From the NCBI GenBank assembly GCA_037189525.1, contig JBBCJC010000003.1, positions 416,001 through 480,000 on the forward strand: DNA of 64,000 nucleotides, read 5' to 3'. Positions 33,561 to 43,660 of the stretch are shown in pieces; position 1 is the first letter of the stretch, and each line of letters opens with the position of its first letter. The notes below the pieces were generated by a model. It was not told the DNA's origin. It did no database searches and worked only from the letters and a program-made list of their open reading frames with translations. This DNA is from Gemmatimonadales bacterium (lineage in GTDB: Bacteria; Gemmatimonadota; Gemmatimonadetes; Gemmatimonadales; GWC2-71-9). A program made the translations under genes and the position numbers.

Positions 33561-33590
33561 TTGACAGGGCCGCTTTCCGGTTGGTAATCT
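33561..33590 (+). promoter_or_regulatory. Putative sigma70 promoter TTGACA-N18-TAATCT (with TG extended -10)
   Basis: Perfect -35; divergent and back-to-back with the PpiD promoter. Confidence 0.6.
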
Positions 33591-33631
33591 TAGCCCAAAT
33601 GCCACAACAACTTAGCGCGTAGAGTCAGGCC

Positions 33632-35836
33632 ATGGCGCCATCCCGCGAAATCGAGAAACTGCAGCGCCGATGGCAGGAGAACCCATTGGGGCTCACCTTC
33701 GCCCCTCTGGCGGAGGCGTATCGTAAGGAAGGGATGTACGAGGACGCGTTGGAGCTGCTCAGCATCGGGCTGGCGCAGCATCCCAACTATGTCCCCGCGC
33801 ACATCGTCCGCGGTCGATGCTATGTCGACACCCATACGGACACGGCAGCGGAAGAAGCCTTCCAGCGGGTTACCGAACTCGATCCCGAAAATGTCATTGC
33901 GCTGAAGGGGCTCGCGGACCTGGCGGAAAAGGGCGGACGCTTTGACGAGGCGATTGCCCGGCTGGAGCGCTTGCTGGAGTTCGACCGGAGCAACGACGAC
34001 GCGCGCGCTCAGGCCGACCGGCTTCGGGCCGCGTTGGCGCCGGTGGTCGAAACTCCGGTTGCTCCGCCGGAACCCGCACCGGCGCCGATCGAGGCCGAAC
34101 TGCCCGAGCCGACGATTCCGGAGTTCCCGCGGGTCGAGGCCGACGCCGTGCCCGATGCGGAGCCTGCGCTCGACGAGCCGGATCCGCTGGTCGACCAGGC
34201 GCGTGCGGCGGTGGTGGACATCAGTGCCGCCGACGTCGAGGTCATCACCTATCGGCCGCTCGAGTTGGTCGCCTCGGCCGATTCGGAGTATCAGCTGGCC
34301 GACGCTGCTGCGGATCTGGTGCCGCCGCCGTCGGAGGATCTTACCGCCGCTTCAGGACTGGCGGATTCGGTTACGGAGCAGGCAGATGCCGTTGCGGAGC
34401 GAGCGGATGGTGCTGCGGATCAGATCGGCCTTGCCGGGGATCGGAATGCCGTTGCTGCGGAACAAGCCGACCCCAGTGTGGAGCAGGTAGATCCTGTTGC
34501 GGATCAGGGTAGTGTCGTTGCGGACCAGGCTGATGGCGCGGTGGGGCAGGATGGTCTCGCTGCAGGGCAGAATGGTCCCGTTGCGGAGCAGGCTGACCTC
34601 GTGGCAGAGCAGATTGACGGGGGCGTGGGACCGGATAGCTCTGTTGCCGAGCGGGTTGATTTCGTTGCGGAGCAGGTCGATCGCGGCGGGGAGGGTGTAG
34701 ATCTCGTTGCGGAGCAGGTTGGGGTTGTGGCGGAGCAGATTGATCGCGGCGCGGAACAGGTAGATCCCGTCGTCGACCAGGCCGCTCTCGATGCGGGGCA
34801 CGTGAATCCCCTTGCAGGGCAGGTTGATCTCGCTACGGAGCGGGAGGATGCTGCTGCTGAACACCCTGGCCCTACTGGGGAGCGTGAGAGCACTGCTACG
34901 GAACTGCCCAGTCTTGTTGCAGACCAGGGCGACCGGACCGGGGAACAGACAGGTCCTGTGGCGGATCTGGTCGGCGGGCCGGTCACCGAAACCGTTTCTG
35001 CGGTGAGTGAGCCAGTCCCGCCGGCGATTGCCACCACCGATAGCCCGATCGGGGATGGCTCGGTCGCAACCGACTCTCCAGCCGGGGCGTTTGCTCAGGC
35101 GGAGTCGGCGGATGGCTCGGATGTCGCAGCTGTCGACGAAGTAGTTGCGGAGCTTCCGGCGGTCGCATCTCTATCTGCGACGCCTGCCGATCTCGAGACC
35201 GATGCATCGATCGCCCCCGAGCCGGTACTGCCGGCCGAGGCCGCGTACATCGAAGCCGACGAACTCGACGAGACCGCCTTCGACGTCGATGCGCTCGATC
35301 CGGAACGCGACGATGCCGAAGCAGTTGCCGGCGTCGAGGCGGAGCCCGATCTCGTCGTGACCGAAACGATGGCCGAGCTCTTCATGCGGCAGGGTCACCG
35401 TACCCTGGCGCTGGCCGTGTATACGCAGCTTTCGGAGCGCGACGGAGACAATCCGCGGATTCGGGGCGCGATCGAGCAGTTGCAGGCCGAGTTGCGGCCC
35501 GCGTCGAGCGTGGGTATTCCGGCGTACGCGGCGGTCCTGACGGGTGGCCAGTCGGTGCGCGCCTTCTTCGAGCACCTGCTGGCGGCCACTCGGCCGGTTG
35601 CTCCGGATCGCCAGGCCACGGGGTTGTCGCTCGGAGCGGTCTTCGGAGAAGAGCGGGCGACACCAGCCACGTCCGCGCCCGCCGAGGATCGCGGTCCGAG
35701 TTACGACGAGTTCTTTGCCGAGGAGCAGCCGCCTGCGGAGCTTCCCAAGCGGCCCGACCGTGAAGGGGCGGCGGTCGATGCGGCCGCCGAAGATCTCGAG
35801 CACTTCACCTCCTGGCTCAAGGGGCTCAAGCGCTGA
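33632..35836 (+). CDS. TPR protein with long acidic, repeat-containing linker
   Basis: N-terminal TPRs ([22 protein letters not shown]), acidic middle, [14 protein letters not shown] helix, C-terminal [14 protein letters not shown]. Confidence 0.8.
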   Translation: MAPSREIEKLQRRWQENPLGLTFAPLAEAYRKEGMYEDALELLSIGLAQHPNYVPAHIVRGRCYVDTHTDTAAEEAFQRVTELDPENVIALKGLADLAEKGGRFDEAIARLERLLEFDRSNDDARAQADRLRAALAPVVETPVAPPEPAPAPIEAELPEPTIPEFPRVEADAVPDAEPALDEPDPLVDQARAAVVDISAADVEVITYRPLELVASADSEYQLADAAADLVPPPSEDLTAASGLADSVTEQADAVAERADGAADQIGLAGDRNAVAAEQADPSVEQVDPVADQGSVVADQADGAVGQDGLAAGQNGPVAEQADLVAEQIDGGVGPDSSVAERVDFVAEQVDRGGEGVDLVAEQVGVVAEQIDRGAEQVDPVVDQAALDAGHVNPLAGQVDLATEREDAAAEHPGPTGERESTATELPSLVADQGDRTGEQTGPVADLVGGPVTETVSAVSEPVPPAIATTDSPIGDGSVATDSPAGAFAQAESADGSDVAAVDEVVAELPAVASLSATPADLETDASIAPEPVLPAEAAYIEADELDETAFDVDALDPERDDAEAVAGVEAEPDLVVTETMAELFMRQGHRTLALAVYTQLSERDGDNPRIRGAIEQLQAELRPASSVGIPAYAAVLTGGQSVRAFFEHLLAATRPVAPDRQATGLSLGAVFGEERATPATSAPAEDRGPSYDEFFAEEQPPAELPKRPDREGAAVDAAAEDLEHFTSWLKGLKR
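34370..34978 (+). repeat. Intragenic degenerate tandem repeat, 29 units of 21 bp (7 aa, consensus about VAEQxDx)
   Basis: Units such as GTTGCGGAGCAGGCTGACCTC and GTTGCGGAGCAGGTCGATCGC stay in exact 21-nt register from 34370 to the unit starting at 34958. Confidence 0.8.
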
Positions 35837-35837
35837 C

Positions 35838-36284
35838 ATGCGGGTCACCGTTCTCAACGGCCCGAACCTGAATCTGCTGGGACAGCGCGAGCCTGCGGTC
35901 TACGGGCGGGCGACCTTGGCCGAGGTGGAATCGCTGGTTCGGGTGGAAGCTGCGCAGCTCGGTATCGAGGTGCAGTGGCAGCAGAGCAACCACGAAGGGG
36001 CCCTGGTCGACGCGATCCAGGCGTTGCCGGGTGCGGCGGACGGCCTGATCCTGAATGCCGGCGCCTATACCCACACCAGCCTGGCGATTCGCGATGCGCT
36101 GCTGGCGGTCCGGGTGCCGTTTGTCGAAGTCCACCTTTCCAACGTCTTTGCGCGGGAAGCGGAGCGGCATCGCTCGCTGATGGCGGATCTGGCCATCGGG
36201 GTGATTGCGGGCTTCGGGCCGCAGAGCTATCTCCTCGGGTTGCGGGCGCTCCACGCGCGGGCGGGCGACGGCCCGTCGTCGTGA
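35838..36284 (+). CDS. aroQ: Type II 3-dehydroquinate dehydratase
   Basis: [39 protein letters not shown]. Confidence 0.96.
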   Translation: MRVTVLNGPNLNLLGQREPAVYGRATLAEVESLVRVEAAQLGIEVQWQQSNHEGALVDAIQALPGAADGLILNAGAYTHTSLAIRDALLAVRVPFVEVHLSNVFAREAERHRSLMADLAIGVIAGFGPQSYLLGLRALHARAGDGPSS

Positions 36285-37366
36285 TCGATCGTTATGCCGA
36301 TCGTCTGGCCCGACTCGCCGCCGCCGCGCTGGCGGAAGGCCTCGATGGTCTGATCGTCGCGGGCGCGACCAACATCCGGTACCTGACCGGGTTCACCGGG
36401 AGTGCCGGGCACCTGGTCGTGTCCGCCGGGGGCGCCACGCTGCTGACCGATTTCCGCTACGCCGTGCAGGGACCGGCGGAAGTCGGGTCGGGCGTAACCG
36501 TTCGGATCGAACGCGCCAGCCTCTGGAAGGGTCTCAGGGCCCTGGTCGGCGGCAGCGGGCTCCGGCGGGTTGGGATCGATCGTCAGCGGGTCACGCTGGC
36601 GGATCTGGACGAACTGCGGCAAATCGAGGGAGTCGAACTGGTGCCGGGGGCGGGGCGGGTCGAAGCGCTCCGGATGGTTAAGGACGACGACGAAATTGCC
36701 CGGATCAGGGAAGCCGCCCGCCTGGCAGCCGAGGCGCTCGCGGCCGTGACCGGTGGAATCAGGCCGGGACGTCGCGAGATCGATATCGCCGCCGACCTCG
36801 AGGCCGCCTTGCGGGTGCGGGGGAGCGAGTGGCACCCGTTTCATACCATCGTGGCGTCGGGGCCTCGGAGCGCTCTGCCGCACGCGCAATCGACCAGCCG
36901 GCAGCTCGAGGTAGGGGACCTGCTGGTCGTCGATTTCGGGGCCCAGCTCGACGGCTACTGCTCGGACATCACCCGGACCTTCGTGGTCGGAGCCCTGGCC
37001 GATGGACGGCAGCGCGAGGTGTACGGTATCGTTGAGCAGGCTCAGCATCGGGCGCGGAGCCTGATGCGGGCCGGAATGACCGGTCGGGAGATCGACGCCC
37101 TGGCCCGCGATCCTATCACCGCTGCCGGGATGGGCGAGGCCTTCGGACACTCGCTGGGGCATGGGGTGGGGCTTGATGTCCACGAGGAGCCTCGGCTGGC
37201 CAAGACCAGTGAAACGGTGGTGCCCCGGGGCGCGGTGGTGACAGTGGAACCGGGAGTCTATTTTGAAGGTTGGGGCGGCGTCCGAATCGAGGACGACGTC
37301 GTGGTGACGGCCAGCGGGGCGGAATGCCTCTCGGACGGCCGGACCGAACTGATCGAACTTTCCTAA
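36281..37366 (+). CDS. Xaa-Pro aminopeptidase/dipeptidase (M24B)
   Basis: [26 protein letters not shown]...[33 protein letters not shown]. Confidence 0.93.
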   Translation: MIDRYADRLARLAAAALAEGLDGLIVAGATNIRYLTGFTGSAGHLVVSAGGATLLTDFRYAVQGPAEVGSGVTVRIERASLWKGLRALVGGSGLRRVGIDRQRVTLADLDELRQIEGVELVPGAGRVEALRMVKDDDEIARIREAARLAAEALAAVTGGIRPGRREIDIAADLEAALRVRGSEWHPFHTIVASGPRSALPHAQSTSRQLEVGDLLVVDFGAQLDGYCSDITRTFVVGALADGRQREVYGIVEQAQHRARSLMRAGMTGREIDALARDPITAAGMGEAFGHSLGHGVGLDVHEEPRLAKTSETVVPRGAVVTVEPGVYFEGWGGVRIEDDVVVTASGAECLSDGRTELIELS

Positions 37367-37397
37367 CTTACGCACTCACGCCGTTCGGATAGACGAG

Positions 37398-37931
37398 ATG
37401 AATCCGGAAAAAATCAAAGCGCTGGCCGAGGTCATCGACAAAGTGCCGGGAGCCAAGGCCATCGACATGAAGGACGTCCGTCGCCTGGTCGAGTTGCTCC
37501 GCGATTCGCCCGAAATCGGCTCGATCGAGCTCAAGGGATGGTTCGGGACCGGCGTGATCGTCACCCGGACCTCCAGCGCGGTGGCGGCAGCGGTGACGCA
37601 CTATCAGCCAGCTGCGCCGGTTGCGGCCGCCAATCCGGCCCCCGCCGCCCCGGCGGCGCCCGCGGAAGCGCCCAAGCCGGCGGTGGCGCTCAAAGAGATC
37701 AAATCCCCGATGGTGGGCACCTTTTATGCAGCCCCGGAGCCGGGGGCCGAGTCGTATGTGAAAGTCGGCGCGCGGGTCACCCCGGGCCGCACGGTGTGCA
37801 TCATCGAGGCGATGAAGATCATGAACGAGATCGAAGCCGAGTTCGGTGGCGTGATCAAGGAAGTTTGCGTGGAGGATTCGCAGCCGGTCGAGTTCGGCCA
37901 GGTCCTCTTCCGAGTCGATCCCAATGGGTGA
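37398..37931 (+). CDS. accB: Acetyl-CoA carboxylase biotin carboxyl carrier protein
   Basis: Ala/Pro linker, IKSPMVGTFY, biotinylation motif EAMKIMNEI, PVEFGQVLF. Confidence 0.95.
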   Translation: MNPEKIKALAEVIDKVPGAKAIDMKDVRRLVELLRDSPEIGSIELKGWFGTGVIVTRTSSAVAAAVTHYQPAAPVAAANPAPAAPAAPAEAPKPAVALKEIKSPMVGTFYAAPEPGAESYVKVGARVTPGRTVCIIEAMKIMNEIEAEFGGVIKEVCVEDSQPVEFGQVLFRVDPNG

Positions 37932-39114
37932 ACCGTTAGGCGGTGACATCAGCGGCCCGCCACCGTTCAACTTCAAGCAGGCGATTGCCCAGATGGTGCA
38001 GCGGCAGGCGTCCGACCTGCTGCTCAAGGTGGGGCGTCCGCCGACCGTACGCGTCAACGGCGACCTCCAGGCATTGCCGATGCAGCCGATCCGCCCCGAG
38101 GAGCTCAAGCACCTCGCCGAGCAGATCATGACGCCGCGGCAGGTCAAAGAATTTGCCGAGAAGAAGGAAGCCGACTTTGCCATCGGTGTGCCGGGCGTCG
38201 GCCGCTTCCGGACCAACATCTATCAGCAGCGCGGCACCCTCGCGTTTGCGCTCCGCGCCATTCCGTACGAAGTCCGCACCCTGAAGGAGCTGATGCTTCC
38301 CGAGGTGCTGGAGCAGGTGTCGCTCAAGCCGCGCGGCGTGGTGCTGGTGACCGGGATTACCGGTTCCGGTAAATCGACGGCGCTTGCTGCGATGATCCAT
38401 CACATCAATCGGAACCGGCGCGTCAACGTCATCACGGTCGAAGATCCGATCGAGTTTCTCCACCGCGACCAGATGTCCAACATCTCCCAGCGCGAAGTGG
38501 GCAGCGATACGCTGTCGTTCGGCGCGGCGCTCCGCCACGTGCTGCGGCAGGATCCGGACGTCATCCTGATCGGTGAGATTCGCGACCAGGAAACGCTCGA
38601 TACGGCGCTCAAGGCCGCCGATACGGGTCACCTGGTCTTCTCGACGCTGCACACGACCGACGCGACTCAGTCGATCAGCCGGATTCTCTCGTTCTACCCG
38701 CCGCACCAGCAGCAGGAAATCCGTTCGCTCCTGTCGACAGCGCTGGCGGCGATCGTCTGCCTTCGTCTGGTGCCCCGCGCCGACGGACGGGGCCGGGTGC
38801 CGGCCGCCGAAGTGCTCATCAATACCGCCGCGGTGGCCGAGAACATTCGCAGCCTCGAAAAATCGCTCAATATCCCCGATCTGATTGCGGACGGGTCGAT
38901 CAGCTACGGCATGCAGTCGTTCGACCAGTCGCTGATGATGTGGTACAAGAAGGGGATGATCACGTACGAGAGCGCGCTGTTCTATTCCAGTAATCCCAGC
39001 GAGTTCGCGTTGCGCGCCGCCGGTGTCACGGCGGCCTCCGATCGAACCTTTGCGGAGATCGCCTCGGCGCAGGATGAGCCGGTCGATCTCACGCGCGACG
39101 TAACGCCGACCTAA
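37924..39114 (+). CDS. pilT: Type IV pilus retraction ATPase PilT/PilU family
   Basis: ASDL, GRFRTNIYQQRG, Walker A GITGSGKST, EDPIEF, LRQDPDVILIGEIRD, TGHLVFSTLHT, GMQSFDQ. Confidence 0.9.
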   Translation: MGEPLGGDISGPPPFNFKQAIAQMVQRQASDLLLKVGRPPTVRVNGDLQALPMQPIRPEELKHLAEQIMTPRQVKEFAEKKEADFAIGVPGVGRFRTNIYQQRGTLAFALRAIPYEVRTLKELMLPEVLEQVSLKPRGVVLVTGITGSGKSTALAAMIHHINRNRRVNVITVEDPIEFLHRDQMSNISQREVGSDTLSFGAALRHVLRQDPDVILIGEIRDQETLDTALKAADTGHLVFSTLHTTDATQSISRILSFYPPHQQQEIRSLLSTALAAIVCLRLVPRADGRGRVPAAEVLINTAAVAENIRSLEKSLNIPDLIADGSISYGMQSFDQSLMMWYKKGMITYESALFYSSNPSEFALRAAGVTAASDRTFAEIASAQDEPVDLTRDVTPT

Positions 39115-39222
39115 CGGCCGACCCGCGCGTCACCCGGTACGGGCTCTGTTCCCGCTCGGCGTCGTGGCGCCGTCCGGGGCGTTCGCGTTCCGTCAACCAG
39201 AACGGTTTCATGCTCAACTCGC

Positions 39223-40581
39223 ATGTTCAATAAAGTCCTCATTGCCAATCGCGGCGAGATTGCCCTCCGGGTCATCCGCGCCTGCCGGGAACTCGGTATT
39301 CACACCGTGGCCGTGTTCAGCGAGGCCGATCGGGAGTCGTTGCACGTTCGGTTCGCGGACGATGATGTCTGCATCGGACCGGCGCCCAGCCGCCAGTCGT
39401 ACCTCAACATCCCGCGGCTGATCGCGGCGGCCGAGATCACCGGCGCCGACGCGCTGCATCCGGGCTACGGCTTTCTGGCCGAGAACGCGGAGTTCGCCGA
39501 GATCTGCAAGGCGTCCAACATCACGTTCATCGGACCGACCGGTGAGCAGATTCGCCAGATGGGCGACAAGGCCTCGGCGCGCCGTCTGGCCAAGGAAGCG
39601 GGCGTACCAACGGTGCCGGGGTCGCCCGGGATCATGGGCGATGCGGAGGAAGCGCTGGCGGTTGCCGAGGAAATCGGCTTTCCGGTCATCATCAAGGCCA
39701 CGGCCGGCGGGGGCGGGAAGGGGATGCGCATCGCCACCGATGCGGAGCAGTTCACCCAGCTCTTCAACCTGGCGCAGAACGAGGCGCTCTCCGCCTTCGG
39801 CAACGGCGACGTCTACGTCGAGAAGTATCTGGAGCATCCGCGGCACGTCGAAATCCAGGTCATGGGCGACACCCACGGCCGGGTGGTCCATCTCGGCGAG
39901 CGCGACTGCTCGGTCCAGCGTCGGCATCAGAAGCTGATCGAAGAGAGCCCGAGCCCCGCGCTCACCGCCGAGTTGCGGGAGCGGATGGGAGCGGCGGCCG
40001 TGGCGCTGGCCGAGGCCATCGGCTACGTCGGCGCCGGGACGATCGAGTTCCTGCTCGATTCGGACGGCAGCTTCTACTTCATGGAAATGAATACCCGGAT
40101 TCAGGTGGAACATCCGGTCACGGAAATGGTGACCGGATTCGATCTGGTCAAGGAACAGATCCGGGCGGCGGCCGGCGAGCCGCTGACGTTCCCGGCCGAT
40201 CTGCGCGGCTTGCGCGGGCATGCCATCGAGTGCCGCGTCAACGCCGAGGATCCGTATCGCAACTTCCAGCCCTCGCCGGGGCTGATTACCGCCTATCATC
40301 CGCCGGGCGGCCCGGGCGTGCGGGTCGATACCCACGTGTATGCCGGCTATCGGGTGCCGCCGCACTACGACTCGCTGCTCGCCAAGGTTATCGTGCACGG
40401 GCGGGATCGCGCGGAGGCGCTGGCCCGGATGGGGCAGGCGCTCGACAGCTTCATCCTCGAAGGCGTCACCACGACCATTCCGTTCCTGGCGCGCGTGATC
40501 CGCCATCCGGACTTCGTTGCCGGTAACATCGACACGCGGTTCCTGGCGCGCGAAAAGCACCTGCTCAGGCCAGACGCATGA
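39223..40581 (+). CDS. accC: Acetyl-CoA carboxylase biotin carboxylase
   Basis: [60 protein letters not shown]. Confidence 0.97.
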   Translation: MFNKVLIANRGEIALRVIRACRELGIHTVAVFSEADRESLHVRFADDDVCIGPAPSRQSYLNIPRLIAAAEITGADALHPGYGFLAENAEFAEICKASNITFIGPTGEQIRQMGDKASARRLAKEAGVPTVPGSPGIMGDAEEALAVAEEIGFPVIIKATAGGGGKGMRIATDAEQFTQLFNLAQNEALSAFGNGDVYVEKYLEHPRHVEIQVMGDTHGRVVHLGERDCSVQRRHQKLIEESPSPALTAELRERMGAAAVALAEAIGYVGAGTIEFLLDSDGSFYFMEMNTRIQVEHPVTEMVTGFDLVKEQIRAAAGEPLTFPADLRGLRGHAIECRVNAEDPYRNFQPSPGLITAYHPPGGPGVRVDTHVYAGYRVPPHYDSLLAKVIVHGRDRAEALARMGQALDSFILEGVTTTIPFLARVIRHPDFVAGNIDTRFLAREKHLLRPDA

Positions 40582-41312
40582 GAATCGATGTCGCATTTTC
40601 ACCCGCGGGCCTCTCGAAAGACGAGGTCGCGGGGCGCGGGGTATTCGTGATCGATGTGCTGCGCGCCACGACGACGATGTGCGCCGCGCTCCATCACGGG
40701 GCTCGGAGTATCGTGCCCGTTTCCACCATTGCGGACGCGATGGCCATGGCGCAGACGCTTGGTCCGGATATCCTGCTGATCGGGGAACGGAACGGGCGCG
40801 CCATCGAAGGGTTTACCTTGGGCAACAGTCCGCTCGAAATGACGGAGGACCGGGTGCGCGGCAAAACCCTCGTGATGACGACGACCAACGGGACCGGTGC
40901 GCTGCTCGCTGCCGCCGGCGCCGCGCAGGTCTTCGTTGCGGCGGCCGCCAATCTGTCCGTCGCCACCGACAAGGTGCGCCAACTGGTGGCCGACGGGGTG
41001 TCGATCCTGGTGCTGTGCGCGGGCCGGGACGGGCGCTTCGGGTTGGACGATGCCTATACCGCCGGGCGCCTGATCGCGCCGGTGGTCGGCGAGCGTCGCC
41101 GCCTGGACGGGCTCAATGACGCTGCAGTTGCTGCGCTCGATCTGGTTCGCCGCTACGGCACCCGCTGGGCGCGTCCGTTCCTCCGCTCCGCGGCCGGCCG
41201 GCATCTCATGTCGATCGAGATGGGTGAGGATGTGGCTGATGCCGCGTTGCCCGATCGTTATCCCGTGTTGCCGGTCTTTCAGGATCGGCGGGTGCAGCTG
41301 AGCGCGCCATGA
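40578..41312 (+). CDS. comB: 2-phosphosulfolactate phosphatase family protein
   Basis: [35 protein letters not shown]. Confidence 0.85.
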   Translation: MRIDVAFSPAGLSKDEVAGRGVFVIDVLRATTTMCAALHHGARSIVPVSTIADAMAMAQTLGPDILLIGERNGRAIEGFTLGNSPLEMTEDRVRGKTLVMTTTNGTGALLAAAGAAQVFVAAAANLSVATDKVRQLVADGVSILVLCAGRDGRFGLDDAYTAGRLIAPVVGERRRLDGLNDAAVAALDLVRRYGTRWARPFLRSAAGRHLMSIEMGEDVADAALPDRYPVLPVFQDRRVQLSAP

Positions 41313-43594
41313 CTCCGGAAGCACGACGGCAACTCGGCGCGATTGCCGCGCTCGTGATCGGGGTCTTCATCGGCCTCTGTCTGCTGCCGTTCGTCCCGAC
41401 CGGAGCGTTAGGCAATACCCTCGGTACGCTGCTCTGGCGGACGCTTGGCATCGGCGCCGTCGGCCTGCCGTTGTTGGGCGGCATGCTGGCGCTGGCCGGT
41501 TTCGACCGGTTACCCCGGCTCGACATGAAGCGAACCGCGATCCTGGTCGGTGGTTTGGCCGTGATCGTCCCGTTCACGGTCGGGGTGCTGGCCGGTGTGA
41601 CGCCGGCGTCTTTCGACCCGCGGCTCGAGGAGTGGACCGCTTCGGCTCGCGCCAGTGGTATGGTGCCCGGGATTGCCGCCTATGCGGTTACGGGACTGAT
41701 CGCCAAGCCCGGCGGGATACTGCTCGCGTTTCTTGCCGTCTCCGCGTTGACCATCTTCACCATTGCCTGGCACCCGCTCCGCCGGCTCGAAAAAGGCCCG
41801 GCAGCGGCGGAACCGGTCGTTGCCAAACCGGTCGTGGCGCGCCGGGCACCCAAAGCGATGCTGCCGGCGGCGAACGATGAGGACGAGGCGGACGACGATG
41901 ACGCCGAAGTCGCCAAACCCAAAGCCGCCGCCGCGGTCGTTGCCGGAGCCAAACCGGCCAAGCTGCTTGCTGCGAAAGCCGGAAAGCCGGCTAAACCGGT
42001 CAAGAGCGGCCCGGCGCCACAGCCAACCGGCGACGAGAATGAACTCCCTCCCGTCAACCTGCTGACCGAGCCGGTCCAGGGCGATGTAGTTGCTGACCAG
42101 GCGCAGCTCGATCGCCTGGGGCAGTCGCTGCTGGAAACGCTTCGCACCTTCAAAGTCGACGGCACCATCGAAGGCTACACCAGTGGTCCGGTCGTGACGC
42201 AGTTCGAGGTCAAGCCTGCACCCGGGGTCAAAGCGGGACGCATCATCGGCCTGGCGGATGACCTGGCCATTGCCATGCGGGCATCGAGTGTCCGGGTAGC
42301 TCCCATTCCCGGACGGGGCGCGGTCGGAGTCGAAGTGCCCAATCCGAAGGCCAAGATGGTCACGCTTCGGGAAATGCTGGAAACGCCGGAGTGGGAGAAG
42401 TCCAAGGCGATCCTTCCGATTGCACTCGGCCTCGATCTCGAAGGGAAGCCGGTCATCACCGACCTGGCCAAGATGCCGCACCTGCTGATTGCCGGTGCCA
42501 CCGGTACCGGTAAGTCGGTCGGGATCAACAGCATCATCAGCTGCCTGGTCTACCGCTATACCGCCAAGGACCTCCGGTTCCTGATGGTCGACCCGAAGAT
42601 GGTCGAGCTCTCGATGTACAATGCGTTGCCGCATCTGCGGCACAAGGTGGTTACCAACAACAACGACGCGGCGCGGGTGCTCAAGTGGGCCGTGTTCGAG
42701 ATGAACCGCCGCTATGAGTTGTTGAGCGCCAACGACTCCCGCAACATCGCTGATTTCAATCGGAAGCTGGCCGACGGCAAGTCGCTGCGGAACCCGATTC
42801 GCCCGGAGCCGACGCTCAAGGAACTGGCGGCCCAGGAAGGCACCACGCCGCCCGAACCGCCGCTGCCCGAGATCTATTCGGACGGGGCGCTGCCGTACAT
42901 CGTCATCATCGTCGACGAGTTGGCCGATCTGATGATGACGGTTGCTGCGGAGGTGGAAACGCCGCTGGCCATGCTGGCGCAAAAGGCGCGCGCCATCGGG
43001 ATCCACCTGATCCTGGCCACGCAGCGTCCGTCCGTGAACGTGCTCACCGGTCTCATCAAGGCCAACTTCCCGAGCCGGATCGCGTTCCGGGTGGCGTCCA
43101 AGGTCGACAGCCGCACCATCCTCGATCAGAACGGGGCGGAGTCGCTGCTGGGCAACGGCGATATGCTCTTCCTGCCTCCGGGACGCAGTGAACCGATGCG
43201 ACTGCAGGGCGCCTTCATCGGGACCGAGGAAACCGAAACGGTGATGGACTGGTTCACCAAGCGGCGCGAGAAGCGCGAGGCCGATCAGCTGGCCGAGCGC
43301 CGCGAGGAGAACATCATCGAACTGATGCGGGCGCAGGAAGCGGACGAGAACGGCGGTCCCGATGGCGCCGACGACAGTGATCGCGACGACCTCTTCCGCG
43401 AGGCCGCCGAAGCCTGTCTGCAGAATCAGGGCGGCTCGACCTCGCTGCTGCAGCGGAAACTCAGGATCGGGTATGGTCGCGCGGCCCGAATCATCGATCA
43501 GCTCCATGCGGCCGGGATCCTGGGGCCGTCGGACGGGAGCAAGCCCCGTGAAGTGCTGATCAGCCTGGGGCAGCTGGACGAATACACCGACTGA
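41309..43594 (+). CDS. ftsK: DNA translocase FtsK/SpoIIIE
   Basis: N-terminal TMs, GPVVTQFE, MPHLLIAGATGTGKS, DPKMVEL, DELADLMM, ATQRPS, gamma domain STSLLQRKLRIGYGRAARI. Confidence 0.96.
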   Translation: MTPEARRQLGAIAALVIGVFIGLCLLPFVPTGALGNTLGTLLWRTLGIGAVGLPLLGGMLALAGFDRLPRLDMKRTAILVGGLAVIVPFTVGVLAGVTPASFDPRLEEWTASARASGMVPGIAAYAVTGLIAKPGGILLAFLAVSALTIFTIAWHPLRRLEKGPAAAEPVVAKPVVARRAPKAMLPAANDEDEADDDDAEVAKPKAAAAVVAGAKPAKLLAAKAGKPAKPVKSGPAPQPTGDENELPPVNLLTEPVQGDVVADQAQLDRLGQSLLETLRTFKVDGTIEGYTSGPVVTQFEVKPAPGVKAGRIIGLADDLAIAMRASSVRVAPIPGRGAVGVEVPNPKAKMVTLREMLETPEWEKSKAILPIALGLDLEGKPVITDLAKMPHLLIAGATGTGKSVGINSIISCLVYRYTAKDLRFLMVDPKMVELSMYNALPHLRHKVVTNNNDAARVLKWAVFEMNRRYELLSANDSRNIADFNRKLADGKSLRNPIRPEPTLKELAAQEGTTPPEPPLPEIYSDGALPYIVIIVDELADLMMTVAAEVETPLAMLAQKARAIGIHLILATQRPSVNVLTGLIKANFPSRIAFRVASKVDSRTILDQNGAESLLGNGDMLFLPPGRSEPMRLQGAFIGTEETETVMDWFTKRREKREADQLAERREENIIELMRAQEADENGGPDGADDSDRDDLFREAAEACLQNQGGSTSLLQRKLRIGYGRAARIIDQLHAAGILGPSDGSKPREVLISLGQLDEYTD

Positions 43595-43660
43595 CCTGCC
43601 GGGTACTCCCCGGCTTCCTTGGACGGCAACGTTCGGCGGGGGTACGGGGTCCAACTCTTT

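Noticed and set aside
34370..34978. Repeat array considered as a CRISPR array
   Set aside because: Units are contiguous, degenerate, in frame within a CDS and lack unique spacers; no cas genes in the window
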